A stretch of 64,000 nt of DNA from Candidatus Omnitrophota bacterium (GTDB taxonomy: Bacteria > Omnitrophota > Gorgyraeia > Gorgyraeales > Gorgyraeaceae), in NCBI GenBank assembly GCA_018814825.1, contig JAHIYJ010000090.1, forward strand, positions 1,321-65,320. The letters run 5' to 3'. Positions 46,924-56,131 of this stretch are shown piece after piece. The position numbers were made by a program, and so were the translations under genes. Position 1 is the first letter of the stretch. The number at the start of each line of letters is the position of its first letter. The notes beneath the pieces are model-generated. The model worked only from the letters and a program-made list of their open reading frames with translations, made no database searches and had not been told where the DNA came from.

Positions 46924-48762
46924 ATGGAAGACACAGAGCTGATACAGGAACTTACTTCACAGGGGCTGCTTACTGCGGAACAGTTACAAAAAGCTGAGGC
47001 AGAGGCGACTAAGAGAAGGGTATCTCTTGCGCAGACAATCCTGGATTTGAAACTTGTCAGCAAAGAGGATTTTTATGGCATTATAGCGCAAGAGAAAGAG
47101 ATTATCTATGTAGATCTTGATACTTACCAGCCTGATGCAAACCTTAAAGAGTCTATTCCCGAAGAACTCTGCAGGGCCCATATTTTCTTCCCGATTTTTA
47201 AAATCAAGGAAACCTTAACCATAGCTACTCCAGATCCTCTGAATCTTATGATGTTGGACCAGATAGGTATGAAGATAAGCTTGCAGGTAGAGTGCGTTTA
47301 TAGCCCGGAACATGAGGTCTTAAGGGCAATAGATAGATATTACGGGAAGAAGGATTCTACCCAGGAATTGATTGAAAAGATGGGTGAGGTCTCTCTATCG
47401 CAATCAGGTACAGGCGTTTCTGCTGAAATAACAGCAGAATCGCCGATTGCCAAATTAGTAGATCTTATAATCACTCAGGCAGCCCGCGACCGCGCAAGTG
47501 ATGTTCATATTGAACCTGAAGTGGATTTCTTGCGTGTCCGTTTCCGTATTGATGGTATACTGCACGAGATCCCTTCTCCGCCGAAACACCTGGAATTAGC
47601 TATCATATCTCGGATAAAAGTCTTGTCTGGCATGGATATTGCTGAGAGCCGTGCCCCTCAAGACGGGCATTTTCAGATAGACGTAGACAATCGGGTGATT
47701 GATCTGCGTGTCTCAAGTTTTCCTACTGTAAATGGAGAGAATATAGTAATGCGTCTTTTAGACACAGGAGGTGTTCTTGCCGGGCTGGAGAAAATGGGTT
47801 TTGGTAAAGAGGCGTTAAGGAAATATGAGGAAGTTATTTTGAGTCCTTACGGGATAATTTTAAGCACCGGACCAACTGGCTCAGGTAAAACAACTACTTT
47901 ATATTCTGCTTTGATGCGGATCAACTCTGTAGATAGAAAGATTGTCACGATTGAAGATCCTGTAGAGTATCGTATTGGTCTGATTCGTCAGACGCAGGTA
48001 AATCCCAGAGCAGGACTTACCTTTGCCAATGGTTTGCGTTCTATCTTAAGGCAGGATCCGGATGTTATAATGGTTGGGGAAATCAGAGATTTGGAAACGG
48101 CAGTAATTGCTATACAGGCGGCTCTTACAGGGCATCTTGTTTTCTCTACTCTTCATACGAATGATGCGGCATCCTCCATTACCCGTTTAATCAATATGGG
48201 AGTAGAGCCTTTTCTTATCTCTGCTTCCTTGGCAGGTGTAATGGCGCAGCGTCTTATTCGTTTGATTTGTGAAGAATGCAAGGAGGCATACGAACCTTCC
48301 AAGTCCTTGGCGCAGAGATTAGGCTTGAGAAACAAAGGAAAGGTGCAATTCTTTAAGGGTAAAGGTTGCGGAAATTGCAAGGGTACAGGGTATAAAGGAC
48401 GCACCGGCATCTTTGAGCTCATGATCATGGATGATGAATTGAGAGAGATGGTTATTCAGGGTTCATCCGCACTCGCTATTAGAGAGAAGGCCTGCGAAAA
48501 AGGGATGAAACTTCTTCGCCAGGATGGTTTAGAAAAGGTGCTGGCAGGTTTAACTACCTGGGAAGAGGTTTCCAGGGTAACGGAAGAGAGATTGGATGTA
48601 AAGCCATCCATAGAGATATCGACGACACTAGAAAGAGTGGTGACAGTGCCGAAAGAGGAACCGCCGGTGTTCGAAACGACTAAGGCTGAAGTAAGAATAA
48701 AACCTGTAGAGGTCGAAGAATATCAGAAAAAGATCAGTAATTGGTTAGCCAGGAAGAAATGA
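46924..48762 (+). CDS. pilB: Type II/IV filament assembly ATPase (GspE/PilB/MshE family), copy 2
   Basis: Walker A GPTGSGKTTT. Tetracysteine motif (CEECK..CGNCKGTG). 612 aa with a C-terminal extension. Confidence 0.9.
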   Translation: MEDTELIQELTSQGLLTAEQLQKAEAEATKRRVSLAQTILDLKLVSKEDFYGIIAQEKEIIYVDLDTYQPDANLKESIPEELCRAHIFFPIFKIKETLTIATPDPLNLMMLDQIGMKISLQVECVYSPEHEVLRAIDRYYGKKDSTQELIEKMGEVSLSQSGTGVSAEITAESPIAKLVDLIITQAARDRASDVHIEPEVDFLRVRFRIDGILHEIPSPPKHLELAIISRIKVLSGMDIAESRAPQDGHFQIDVDNRVIDLRVSSFPTVNGENIVMRLLDTGGVLAGLEKMGFGKEALRKYEEVILSPYGIILSTGPTGSGKTTTLYSALMRINSVDRKIVTIEDPVEYRIGLIRQTQVNPRAGLTFANGLRSILRQDPDVIMVGEIRDLETAVIAIQAALTGHLVFSTLHTNDAASSITRLINMGVEPFLISASLAGVMAQRLIRLICEECKEAYEPSKSLAQRLGLRNKGKVQFFKGKGCGNCKGTGYKGRTGIFELMIMDDELREMVIQGSSALAIREKACEKGMKLLRQDGLEKVLAGLTTWEEVSRVTEERLDVKPSIEISTTLERVVTVPKEEPPVFETTKAEVRIKPVEVEEYQKKISNWLARKK

Positions 48763-48772
48763 GGTTCGCTGT

Positions 48773-49588
48773 ATGTATGAAAAATATTGGAAACTAGACG
48801 TTAAGCCTTTTAGCAATACCCCTGATCCTAGATTTCTTTACCTATCCAGCCAGCATGAAGATGTCATGATGAAGCTTAGTTATTGTATTGTGGAAAAGAT
48901 GGGTGCAGGGCTTTTGACTGGCGTATTTGGCTGCGGAAAGACGCTTCTGGGTAAGGCCATTTTAAAAGAGCTGGGGGAGGATAAATATAAGGCCGTCTTT
49001 ATTAATAATCCTCAGGTGACATACGTGGAACTGTTGCGGGCGATTGTGCGGAATTTGAAATCCAGTGCCTTGCCTTCTCGCGCTGATGAGCTGCTGGCCG
49101 ACCCGCTTTTAGAAACATTGCATAATATCTTATTGGATAACATGCGGGATGGCAAAGAAACCGTGATCATTATTGATGAGGCACATATTATTCAGGATGA
49201 AAGAATATTCGAGGAATTAAGGCTGTTGCTTAATTTCCAGCTAGAAGACCGGTTTTTGCTTACCCTTATACTTTCTGGCCAGCCAGAGCTTAAAAATAAG
49301 ATTGCAGATTTGAGGCAGTTTGAGCAACGGATTGCCATTTGTTGTCACTTGGATGCCTTGAGCGAAAAGGATACTCAGGAATATGTACTTCATCGGATAA
49401 AAATTGCTGGCGGGAAAAACAATATTTTTACCCTTGATGCAATAAAATTTATCCATGACCGCAGCGGAGGTATTCCCAGGCGCATAAATCGCATGTGCGA
49501 TCTGGCGCTTCTGACAGGTTTTGGCAAGAAGTTGACCAAGATCGATAAAGATGTGATAAAACAGGTTGGAGAAGATTTTGGAGTTTAA
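48773..49588 (+). CDS. ExeA/GspA/MshM-like AAA ATPase
   Basis: ..FSNTPDPRFLYLSSQHEDVMMKL.. with the P-loop GVFGCGKTLL. 271 aa. Confidence 0.65.
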   Translation: MYEKYWKLDVKPFSNTPDPRFLYLSSQHEDVMMKLSYCIVEKMGAGLLTGVFGCGKTLLGKAILKELGEDKYKAVFINNPQVTYVELLRAIVRNLKSSALPSRADELLADPLLETLHNILLDNMRDGKETVIIIDEAHIIQDERIFEELRLLLNFQLEDRFLLTLILSGQPELKNKIADLRQFEQRIAICCHLDALSEKDTQEYVLHRIKIAGGKNNIFTLDAIKFIHDRSGGIPRRINRMCDLALLTGFGKKLTKIDKDVIKQVGEDFGV

Positions 49589-49590
49589 AG

Positions 49591-50814
49591 ATGCCCACAT
49601 ATAAGTATAAAGCGCAGAACATGGAAGGTAAAATAGTCACAGGATCCATTGTTGCCCCTCGCGAGACAGTAGTAACTGCACGTCTGGATAAACAAGGTTA
49701 TTTACCTCTCTCTATCACCTTAGAGAAGGAACTCATCATTGACTTTAAAGCTTTCTTTAAGCCGCGAGAAAAGGTAAAGATGCGAGATCTAGTTACCTTT
49801 ACGCGGCAATTCGCTACTATTGTTAAAGCAGGCGTACCCATACTTACAGGTTTAAAAGCACTTTCCGAGCAGTCAGAGACCCCTGTATTTGCAAAGGTTT
49901 TAAAGAATATTGGGCAGGATATTGAAGGAGGCTCAAGCCTGTCTCAGGCAATTGATAAGCACCCTAATATATTTTCAGAGCTTTATGTAAACTCTGTGGT
50001 TGCTGGTGAGGCTGGGGGTGTTCTGGACAAGGTGTTATTGCGTTTGGCTGAGATGATGGAGCGTGATATGGAAACCGCTACTGATGTCAAAACTGCTATG
50101 CGTTATCCCGTATTGACAGTTTTTGCAATGATTATCGCTTCTTTTGTTTTGGTGATTTTTGTTGTTCCAAATTTCTCATCAATGTATGCGCGTTTCGAAA
50201 CACAACTCCCGCTTCCCACAAGGATTCTAATTGCCGCTAATTATTTTATCACTCGTCTCTGGTATATAGGCATCCCTTCATTGATAGCTGCCGGGTATGG
50301 TTTCTACCGTTTTATCAATACAAAGATCGGAAGATGGCAATTCGATAGCCTCAAGTTAAAGTTGCCGGTCTTTGGCAAGCTTTTTACCAAGGTAGCTATG
50401 CTGAGGTTTGCTACTATGCTCAATGTATTGAATGAAAGCGGCCTTCCTATATTAAGGACATTAGAGATAGTCTCTATTACCATTGGCAATGTTGTTATCG
50501 GAAAAGAGGTTGAAAACATGCGCCAGAGTGTGGCTGACGGGAGAGGTATCTCTGGCTCTATGATGAAAAGTAAGATATTTCCTCCTCTTATGGGGCACAT
50601 GGTTGCCATCGGAGAGAAGACAGGGGCGCTTTTAGATATGCTAAATGCCATTTCAGAATACTATGATTTAGAGATCAAATCAACGGTCAAGAATCTTACC
50701 ACTCTGATTGAGCCGATGATGACCGCCATACTGGGTATGGTTGTCCTGGGCATGGCCCTGGCCATATTTTTACCGCTCTGGAATATGATTAAATTATTCA
50801 GAGGGGCGGCTTAA
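49591..50814 (+). CDS. pilC: Inner-membrane platform protein (GspF/PilC/MshG family), copy 2
   Basis: MPTYKYKAQNMEGKIVTGS. 407 aa. Paralog of 15432..16646. Confidence 0.85.
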   Translation: MPTYKYKAQNMEGKIVTGSIVAPRETVVTARLDKQGYLPLSITLEKELIIDFKAFFKPREKVKMRDLVTFTRQFATIVKAGVPILTGLKALSEQSETPVFAKVLKNIGQDIEGGSSLSQAIDKHPNIFSELYVNSVVAGEAGGVLDKVLLRLAEMMERDMETATDVKTAMRYPVLTVFAMIIASFVLVIFVVPNFSSMYARFETQLPLPTRILIAANYFITRLWYIGIPSLIAAGYGFYRFINTKIGRWQFDSLKLKLPVFGKLFTKVAMLRFATMLNVLNESGLPILRTLEIVSITIGNVVIGKEVENMRQSVADGRGISGSMMKSKIFPPLMGHMVAIGEKTGALLDMLNAISEYYDLEIKSTVKNLTTLIEPMMTAILGMVVLGMALAIFLPLWNMIKLFRGAA

Positions 50815-50840
50815 TTTAATGAGCCATGTGAAGAAAGATA

Positions 50841-53024
50841 ATGACGATATGCAGAGGATGTAAAAGCGAGATAGATGAAAAAGAATTTTTTTGCAGTCTT
50901 TGCAATGAAAGGATTCAAAGAGATTTAGGTGAGGCAAAGGGATATTTAGGGCAGTATGATTTTAAAAAGGCCCTGGATAAATTAGGTCAAGTTTTAGCAG
51001 TCGATAAAGAAAATGCTGTTGCCAGGACCCTGAAAGAAGAGATAGAGAGTAAGCTTAAGGCTATACAGGAGAACAAGATTCAAGTAGATAGATGTTTTAA
51101 AAAGGGCCTCTATAAGGAGGCCATTTTTTATTTGGAAGAGATCTTAAAGATTATGCCTCTGGATGAAAACCTTAGATTACAAAAACAGATGTCGGAGGTT
51201 TTAAGCTTTGCTGAATCGCAGCATTCTATCCACGAACCCAGGCGTAGATCCAGATTGCCGGACTGGGCAAAGGCGAATCATTACATGCACTCCGGATGGT
51301 TGTTGCTGGTGATGGCCTTGATTGTAATTTCTATCATGGGGTTTTTTGGTGACCTTGTTTACAGAAACCACGTAAAGAAGACAAATGCTCAGGACCTTTA
51401 TCAGATCCTGCGCCAGAAGATTGCCAATAGGGAGTATTATGGCAATGGTTTTATGGATGATTACAGCAGGCTGATAAAGGATTATAGCAAGACTAAGTAT
51501 GCCCGGAAGATAAAGGAGGAATTTTTAGATGCATCGCGTCAGATAATTCAGGGATATATAGACAAAGGAAATGAATATTTTAATCAAGGCAGGTACCGCG
51601 AGGCATTAGAGACTTATTCAAAGATCCTGGAAATAGAGCCTTTTTCCAGAGAGGCGTTTTCTTTAATTCAGGAGGCAAAAGAAAAAATTACCCTGAAAAA
51701 GTTACCGTCTTTTAGGCCAAAGATAAGATTGGATCAAGCCCGTTCTTCGCGTACTACCGCTGAAGATAAACCAGTGTCTCCTCAAGAAACACCTTTGGCT
51801 GAAACAGATGCTGCCAAAAGGCATATACTAAAAGGCCAGATTTATTTTGAAGAGGCGAGATATAATGATGCCATAGATGAATGGAACAAGGCAAAGGACT
51901 TAATGCCCCCTGAAGATAATGCAAAAATACAGGCCTTTATTGACAAGGCAGAGGAGTTTTCTTTAAGAAAAGAAGAGAATTATAATGCCCTAATCAAACA
52001 GGGGCATAAATTTATGGAGGCAGAAGATTGGGAAGAAGCGCTGCCTGTCTTTAAAACGGCGCTTAAGATTAAGCAGAATGATCCAGATGTCTTGCAGAAA
52101 ATAAACATAATTAAATCAAGATTAACGCCTGCCAAAACATCCGATGTAATCATAAAGAAGGCGCCTTCTGTGAATGTAGAAGAGAAAAATTTCATTTTTA
52201 AAATAATAGAGTCTTTAAAAGAAAAATATCAGCAGAAAAAACAGCATAGGGCCCGTTCCTATTATAATAGGGCATTAGAGGAGGAAAAAAGAGGGAGATT
52301 GCTCAAAGCGAATTATTATTATGATAAGTCAAGCCAGTATAAATTTAACCCACTGATTATTAAACAGATAAAGATAAACCGCATGATTGAGGCATTACGA
52401 AGACAGGAGGCGCTCTACCCCAAGGACCCTATTGTAAAAATTTCTCTGGGGAACCTTTATTATGCTAAGGGCTGGCTGGATAAAGCAGAGAGTATATGGG
52501 ACAGTATCCTTTTTGCGCATCCAGATGCATCGTCATTAGACCCGCTGATTCTTGGCCTGAAGGCAAAGATTTATGAAAAGAGAGGCCAGTTTATTGAAGC
52601 CAAAAGTAGGTATGAAGAATCTCTGGACAAGGCCGAGATATTCTATATAAGAAATAGTCTGGCAAAGATGCTTTACGAAGAAGGTTTTTATGATGAGGCA
52701 ATTGGATGTTGGAGGAAAATACTTGAGTCTAATCCATTTCAGCTCGATGTGATAAATTCTTTAGCAGAGGCCTATATTATTTTTGGCAGATTTGAAGAAG
52801 CCAGACTCTTGTTAAAACCCATCCCTCAATTAAGCCCTTTTGAATTAAGAAAGAGGCAGATCTATCCACTAGAGGTTGATCCTGAATATTTTGTGGGCAT
52901 TGTTCAAGAAAAGGATTATTTTTCCCGAAATACGTTTTTACTTAGCCAGTTCTATTCCTCTTTAGGAGATATAGCTGAGGAAATTCATTGGAATATCATT
53001 TCCGTGCAGATACAAGGGCAGTAA
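50841..53024 (+). CDS. Zinc-ribbon + single TM + extensive TPR-like repeat protein (MshN-like?)
   Basis: N-terminal CxxC..CxxC (MTICRGCKSE..FFCSLCNE). TM segment (LLLVMALIVISIMGFF). TPR-like helical repeats throughout. 727 aa. Confidence 0.5.
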   Translation: MTICRGCKSEIDEKEFFCSLCNERIQRDLGEAKGYLGQYDFKKALDKLGQVLAVDKENAVARTLKEEIESKLKAIQENKIQVDRCFKKGLYKEAIFYLEEILKIMPLDENLRLQKQMSEVLSFAESQHSIHEPRRRSRLPDWAKANHYMHSGWLLLVMALIVISIMGFFGDLVYRNHVKKTNAQDLYQILRQKIANREYYGNGFMDDYSRLIKDYSKTKYARKIKEEFLDASRQIIQGYIDKGNEYFNQGRYREALETYSKILEIEPFSREAFSLIQEAKEKITLKKLPSFRPKIRLDQARSSRTTAEDKPVSPQETPLAETDAAKRHILKGQIYFEEARYNDAIDEWNKAKDLMPPEDNAKIQAFIDKAEEFSLRKEENYNALIKQGHKFMEAEDWEEALPVFKTALKIKQNDPDVLQKINIIKSRLTPAKTSDVIIKKAPSVNVEEKNFIFKIIESLKEKYQQKKQHRARSYYNRALEEEKRGRLLKANYYYDKSSQYKFNPLIIKQIKINRMIEALRRQEALYPKDPIVKISLGNLYYAKGWLDKAESIWDSILFAHPDASSLDPLILGLKAKIYEKRGQFIEAKSRYEESLDKAEIFYIRNSLAKMLYEEGFYDEAIGCWRKILESNPFQLDVINSLAEAYIIFGRFEEARLLLKPIPQLSPFELRKRQIYPLEVDPEYFVGIVQEKDYFSRNTFLLSQFYSSLGDIAEEIHWNIISVQIQGQ

Positions 53025-53186
53025 AGTTTATTTTTCATGTTGGAAGAATTGATGATTTGGAGTATTTTTTAAATGTTATTAAAAATTTTTTAAATTAGTT
53101 GAAAATCAAGAATTAGTATGTTAAAATATATAATGTATAATTTAACCCATGTAGGTAGTTAAATAATCAATAATCTGGAGGTAATC

Positions 53187-54161
53187 ATGAACGAGAAAAG
53201 AAAATCCGTCCGTTTAAATCTTCCGACAAAAGTAGAGAGCAGATTATTAAAGGAAAACTCGATAACTGCTTCTAGTTGCTTAGGCACGGATATTAGCGCG
53301 GGAGGGATGCGCCTACGTGTCAAAAGGAGAATCGAGGCCCTGTCTCCTTTAGGGCTAAGAGTTTATCTACCTGATGAATGGCAGCCTATTTTAGTCGAAG
53401 GAGAAATTGCCTGGTTCAGGGCAATAGCCGACAGAGAGGAAGGGGATCTGCAGGGGGATTATGAGGCAGGTGTGAGGTTTTCTGAAATAAGCGGCTTCGA
53501 TAGATCTCGTATAGTAAGGTTAGTAACTATGGAAATGGAAAGACAAAGGTCTTGTGACACCAGTCCTTTGAGTAGGATTACCAGGGTAGAATTGGAGGAT
53601 AAAGAAGAGATGCTGTTGCTTGTGAAAAAAGGTATTGGAACCATAGAGCAGGGATTAAGGATAATAGATGAAAAAATAAATCTGAAAGAAGGAGGTATGC
53701 TAGATCTATTAGGCCTGGATTCGAGCGGTCAGTTGGTCATTATTAAATTAACGATTGAAGAAAACGAATCTATGCTTATCGAAGCACTGAAACACTATGA
53801 TTGGATCTTACGTAATGTATCTTTGCTAGGGCGCATTTACCGCGAAGACATTGATTTTAAACAAAATCCAAAGATAATTCTTATCGGGCCGTTATTTTCT
53901 GAGTTCTTTAAACGCCAGATTTCATACATTAAGCCGCTAAAGATAGAAGTTTTTGACTATTATTGTCTCAGTATTGACGGGCAAAAGGCCTTATTTTTTG
54001 AAAACAAAGAAACTAAAAGAGAAAGCTTTAATAGACAGGAATGGGCAGAGGACTTGTCTTTTACAGATGAACAACGATCTGTTTCGCTGGACTCAGAAGA
54101 GATTGCTGGTATAGATGAACAGCACAAAAAGATTGTGCGATGGCTTTGGAAAAGAAGGTGA
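53187..54161 (+). CDS. PilZ domain fused to a NucS/DUF91-like (PD-(D/E)xK fold) domain
   Basis: The N-terminal PilZ motifs are intact: RKSVR (RxxxR) and DISAGG (DxSxGG). The C-terminal segment is GTIEQGLRIIDEKINLKEGGMLDLLGLDSSGQLVIIKLT..LIEALKHYDWI, described in findings. Confidence 0.55.
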   Translation: MNEKRKSVRLNLPTKVESRLLKENSITASSCLGTDISAGGMRLRVKRRIEALSPLGLRVYLPDEWQPILVEGEIAWFRAIADREEGDLQGDYEAGVRFSEISGFDRSRIVRLVTMEMERQRSCDTSPLSRITRVELEDKEEMLLLVKKGIGTIEQGLRIIDEKINLKEGGMLDLLGLDSSGQLVIIKLTIEENESMLIEALKHYDWILRNVSLLGRIYREDIDFKQNPKIILIGPLFSEFFKRQISYIKPLKIEVFDYYCLSIDGQKALFFENKETKRESFNRQEWAEDLSFTDEQRSVSLDSEEIAGIDEQHKKIVRWLWKRR

Positions 54162-55921
54162 AGATAAAGGCGTTTCATCTAGCCATAGGCTTTATTTTTA
54201 TTGGCTTGAGTACTATTTTTTCTTTAAGCGGCATAAGCAGTATGCCCCGACAGTGGGAATCCAAAGCCCTGAGCTTATTGGCCAGCATTAATCCTGGGAC
54301 AAGATCTCAATCTGATATTGTGACCGTAGAAACAGATAAGTATTTTTTTCAGAAATATAACAATTTCCCTGGTGACAAAAAATTAATTCAACTTATAGAC
54401 TTACTTTTAAGGCAAGGCGTGTATTCGATTGGAATAACGACTATGCCAAGCAGAGAGAGACCTTTACTATTTCATGGCGGGTTAGAGAACCGTGTCTTTT
54501 ACTCAATTTTATTTAGAAAAATTGGTATCTTAGAGAAAAAAAAGGGTATATTTTTAGCCAAAGAAGTAAGGAGGCCTTCTCCTGCGCAGAGCTTTAAAAT
54601 AACAGAAAATATCGGCCATATAAATTATAAAGCCGAAGGTCCTCTTATAAGTTTTCCGCCAATAGTCAGTTATAAAAAGAACGATTATTTTGCATTGCCT
54701 GTAGTTTTAGCGGCTGACTATTTACATACCAGACCTTCTAATATTAAAATTCCCGTGGACAGCAAATCTGGCGCAGCATTTGTCAATATCCAGAAAAGGA
54801 GATTCGATAATTATTTGTATAAAGAAATAGAACAATCGGACTCGTTAAATCTAAAAGGTAAGATTTGCCTGATCGGTTTATCGGGAGTTGTGCAGGCACA
54901 GGCCAATTCTTTAAGTTCTATTCTTGCGGGGGATATTATCCGTTTTTGTCCTGAAGGCGTAGCTGTATCAATAAGCCTGATCTTAGGTTTGACCCTAAAT
55001 ACCCTTTTATTAAGGGTTAGACTTGTAAGATTTATCTTATTCGATCTCGGACTTTTGGTATTTTATATTTTAGTAGTTAGCCTATTGTTTATCTCCATGC
55101 ATATCTATTTCTATACGCTGGGGCCTGTGATGATTTGCCTTGGCTTTCTGCTGATCTCAGGCATAGATTGTTTGCTTAAGACAAAGAAACTGCATGGGAT
55201 TTTAAAGCCTAACTGCAAGGTAAAGATAATGTCACAGACTTTGCCACAGATTAAAGGTTTTGGTATTGGGTTTATGTATTGTCTATCCGGAGCTGATGCG
55301 CAGAAGGGTTTATGTGAGTTCGCAGTACTGTCGGATAATTGCACGGGCCTATTGATAGGAGACGTCCCTAAAAACGGGAGAGAAGCAGATATGTATAAAA
55401 AGAAATTAAGAACCGTTTTTAAGAATCAGGCCTCTCCTGATTTGGAAGCAAATCAAACTTTAGCAATAATAAATGATTTCTTGATTAAAGAGAATAAAAA
55501 GTTGTTTGCCAGCGTGGTCTATTTAATTTTAGAATCTGAAACAAAATCAGTTAGATTTTCTAATGCTGGAAGTAACCCCATAATTATATTCCGCTCTAAA
55601 CATAAGATTTTTGAGATTTTTTCTCAGGATGATATAACACCTTTAGGGGTAGTGAAGGGGGCTATCTTTCCTGAAGGATGTATTCAGCTTGAAGAAGAAG
55701 ATATAATTCTGTTATGTAATAATGGAGTAATAAAGGCAAGAAATAAACAGGAGAGGCTATTTGGCGTGGAAGGGCTGAAGGAATCTTTTGGAGCAGATGA
55801 TAAGGCCCTTTCTGCCCAAGAGCTGGCAAGAAAGGTCTTTGAGCAAATATGTAGCTTTAGTAAAGACAAGATTCTGGAAGGTGATTTACTACTTGTAACA
55901 ATAAAACCATTCAAGTCATGA
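54140..55921 (+). CDS. Membrane sensor (CHASE2-like extracytoplasmic domain + TM helices) fused to a PP2C/SpoIIE-type Ser/Thr phosphatase
   Basis: N-terminal TM segment and a roughly 250-aa extracytoplasmic domain. Three TM helices (~aa 270-330). The C-terminal PP2C-like motifs are LLIGDVPKNGREAD, NAGSNPIIIF and LLCNNGVIKARN..ERLFG. Confidence 0.55.
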   Translation: MALEKKVKIKAFHLAIGFIFIGLSTIFSLSGISSMPRQWESKALSLLASINPGTRSQSDIVTVETDKYFFQKYNNFPGDKKLIQLIDLLLRQGVYSIGITTMPSRERPLLFHGGLENRVFYSILFRKIGILEKKKGIFLAKEVRRPSPAQSFKITENIGHINYKAEGPLISFPPIVSYKKNDYFALPVVLAADYLHTRPSNIKIPVDSKSGAAFVNIQKRRFDNYLYKEIEQSDSLNLKGKICLIGLSGVVQAQANSLSSILAGDIIRFCPEGVAVSISLILGLTLNTLLLRVRLVRFILFDLGLLVFYILVVSLLFISMHIYFYTLGPVMICLGFLLISGIDCLLKTKKLHGILKPNCKVKIMSQTLPQIKGFGIGFMYCLSGADAQKGLCEFAVLSDNCTGLLIGDVPKNGREADMYKKKLRTVFKNQASPDLEANQTLAIINDFLIKENKKLFASVVYLILESETKSVRFSNAGSNPIIIFRSKHKIFEIFSQDDITPLGVVKGAIFPEGCIQLEEEDIILLCNNGVIKARNKQERLFGVEGLKESFGADDKALSAQELARKVFEQICSFSKDKILEGDLLLVTIKPFKS

Positions 55922-56006
55922 TGCCCCTTTTTATGTCCTCCTATACTGTCTGTAATTAACTTAGTAGCATTATTCGTGCCAAGAACTATTTTAGTTGTAA
56001 AAAAGC

Positions 56007-56034
56007 TTTACAAAAGCCTGTAACATGTTATAAT
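56007..56034 (+). promoter_or_regulatory. Sigma-70-like promoter TTTACA-N16-TATAAT upstream of rpoN
   Basis: The sequence reads ctttacaaaagcctgtaacatgttataat. A 7-bp hairpin (GACACTT..AAGTGTC) lies at ~56114..56134, just before the ORF. Confidence 0.35.
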
Positions 56035-56131
56035 ATCTTTACATTAAAATTTATAAAAAACCTTAAAAATTACCTGAAATAATTATTTATCATTCAAAAA
56101 TTGTTACTTTAAATAGACACTTTTAGGTAAA

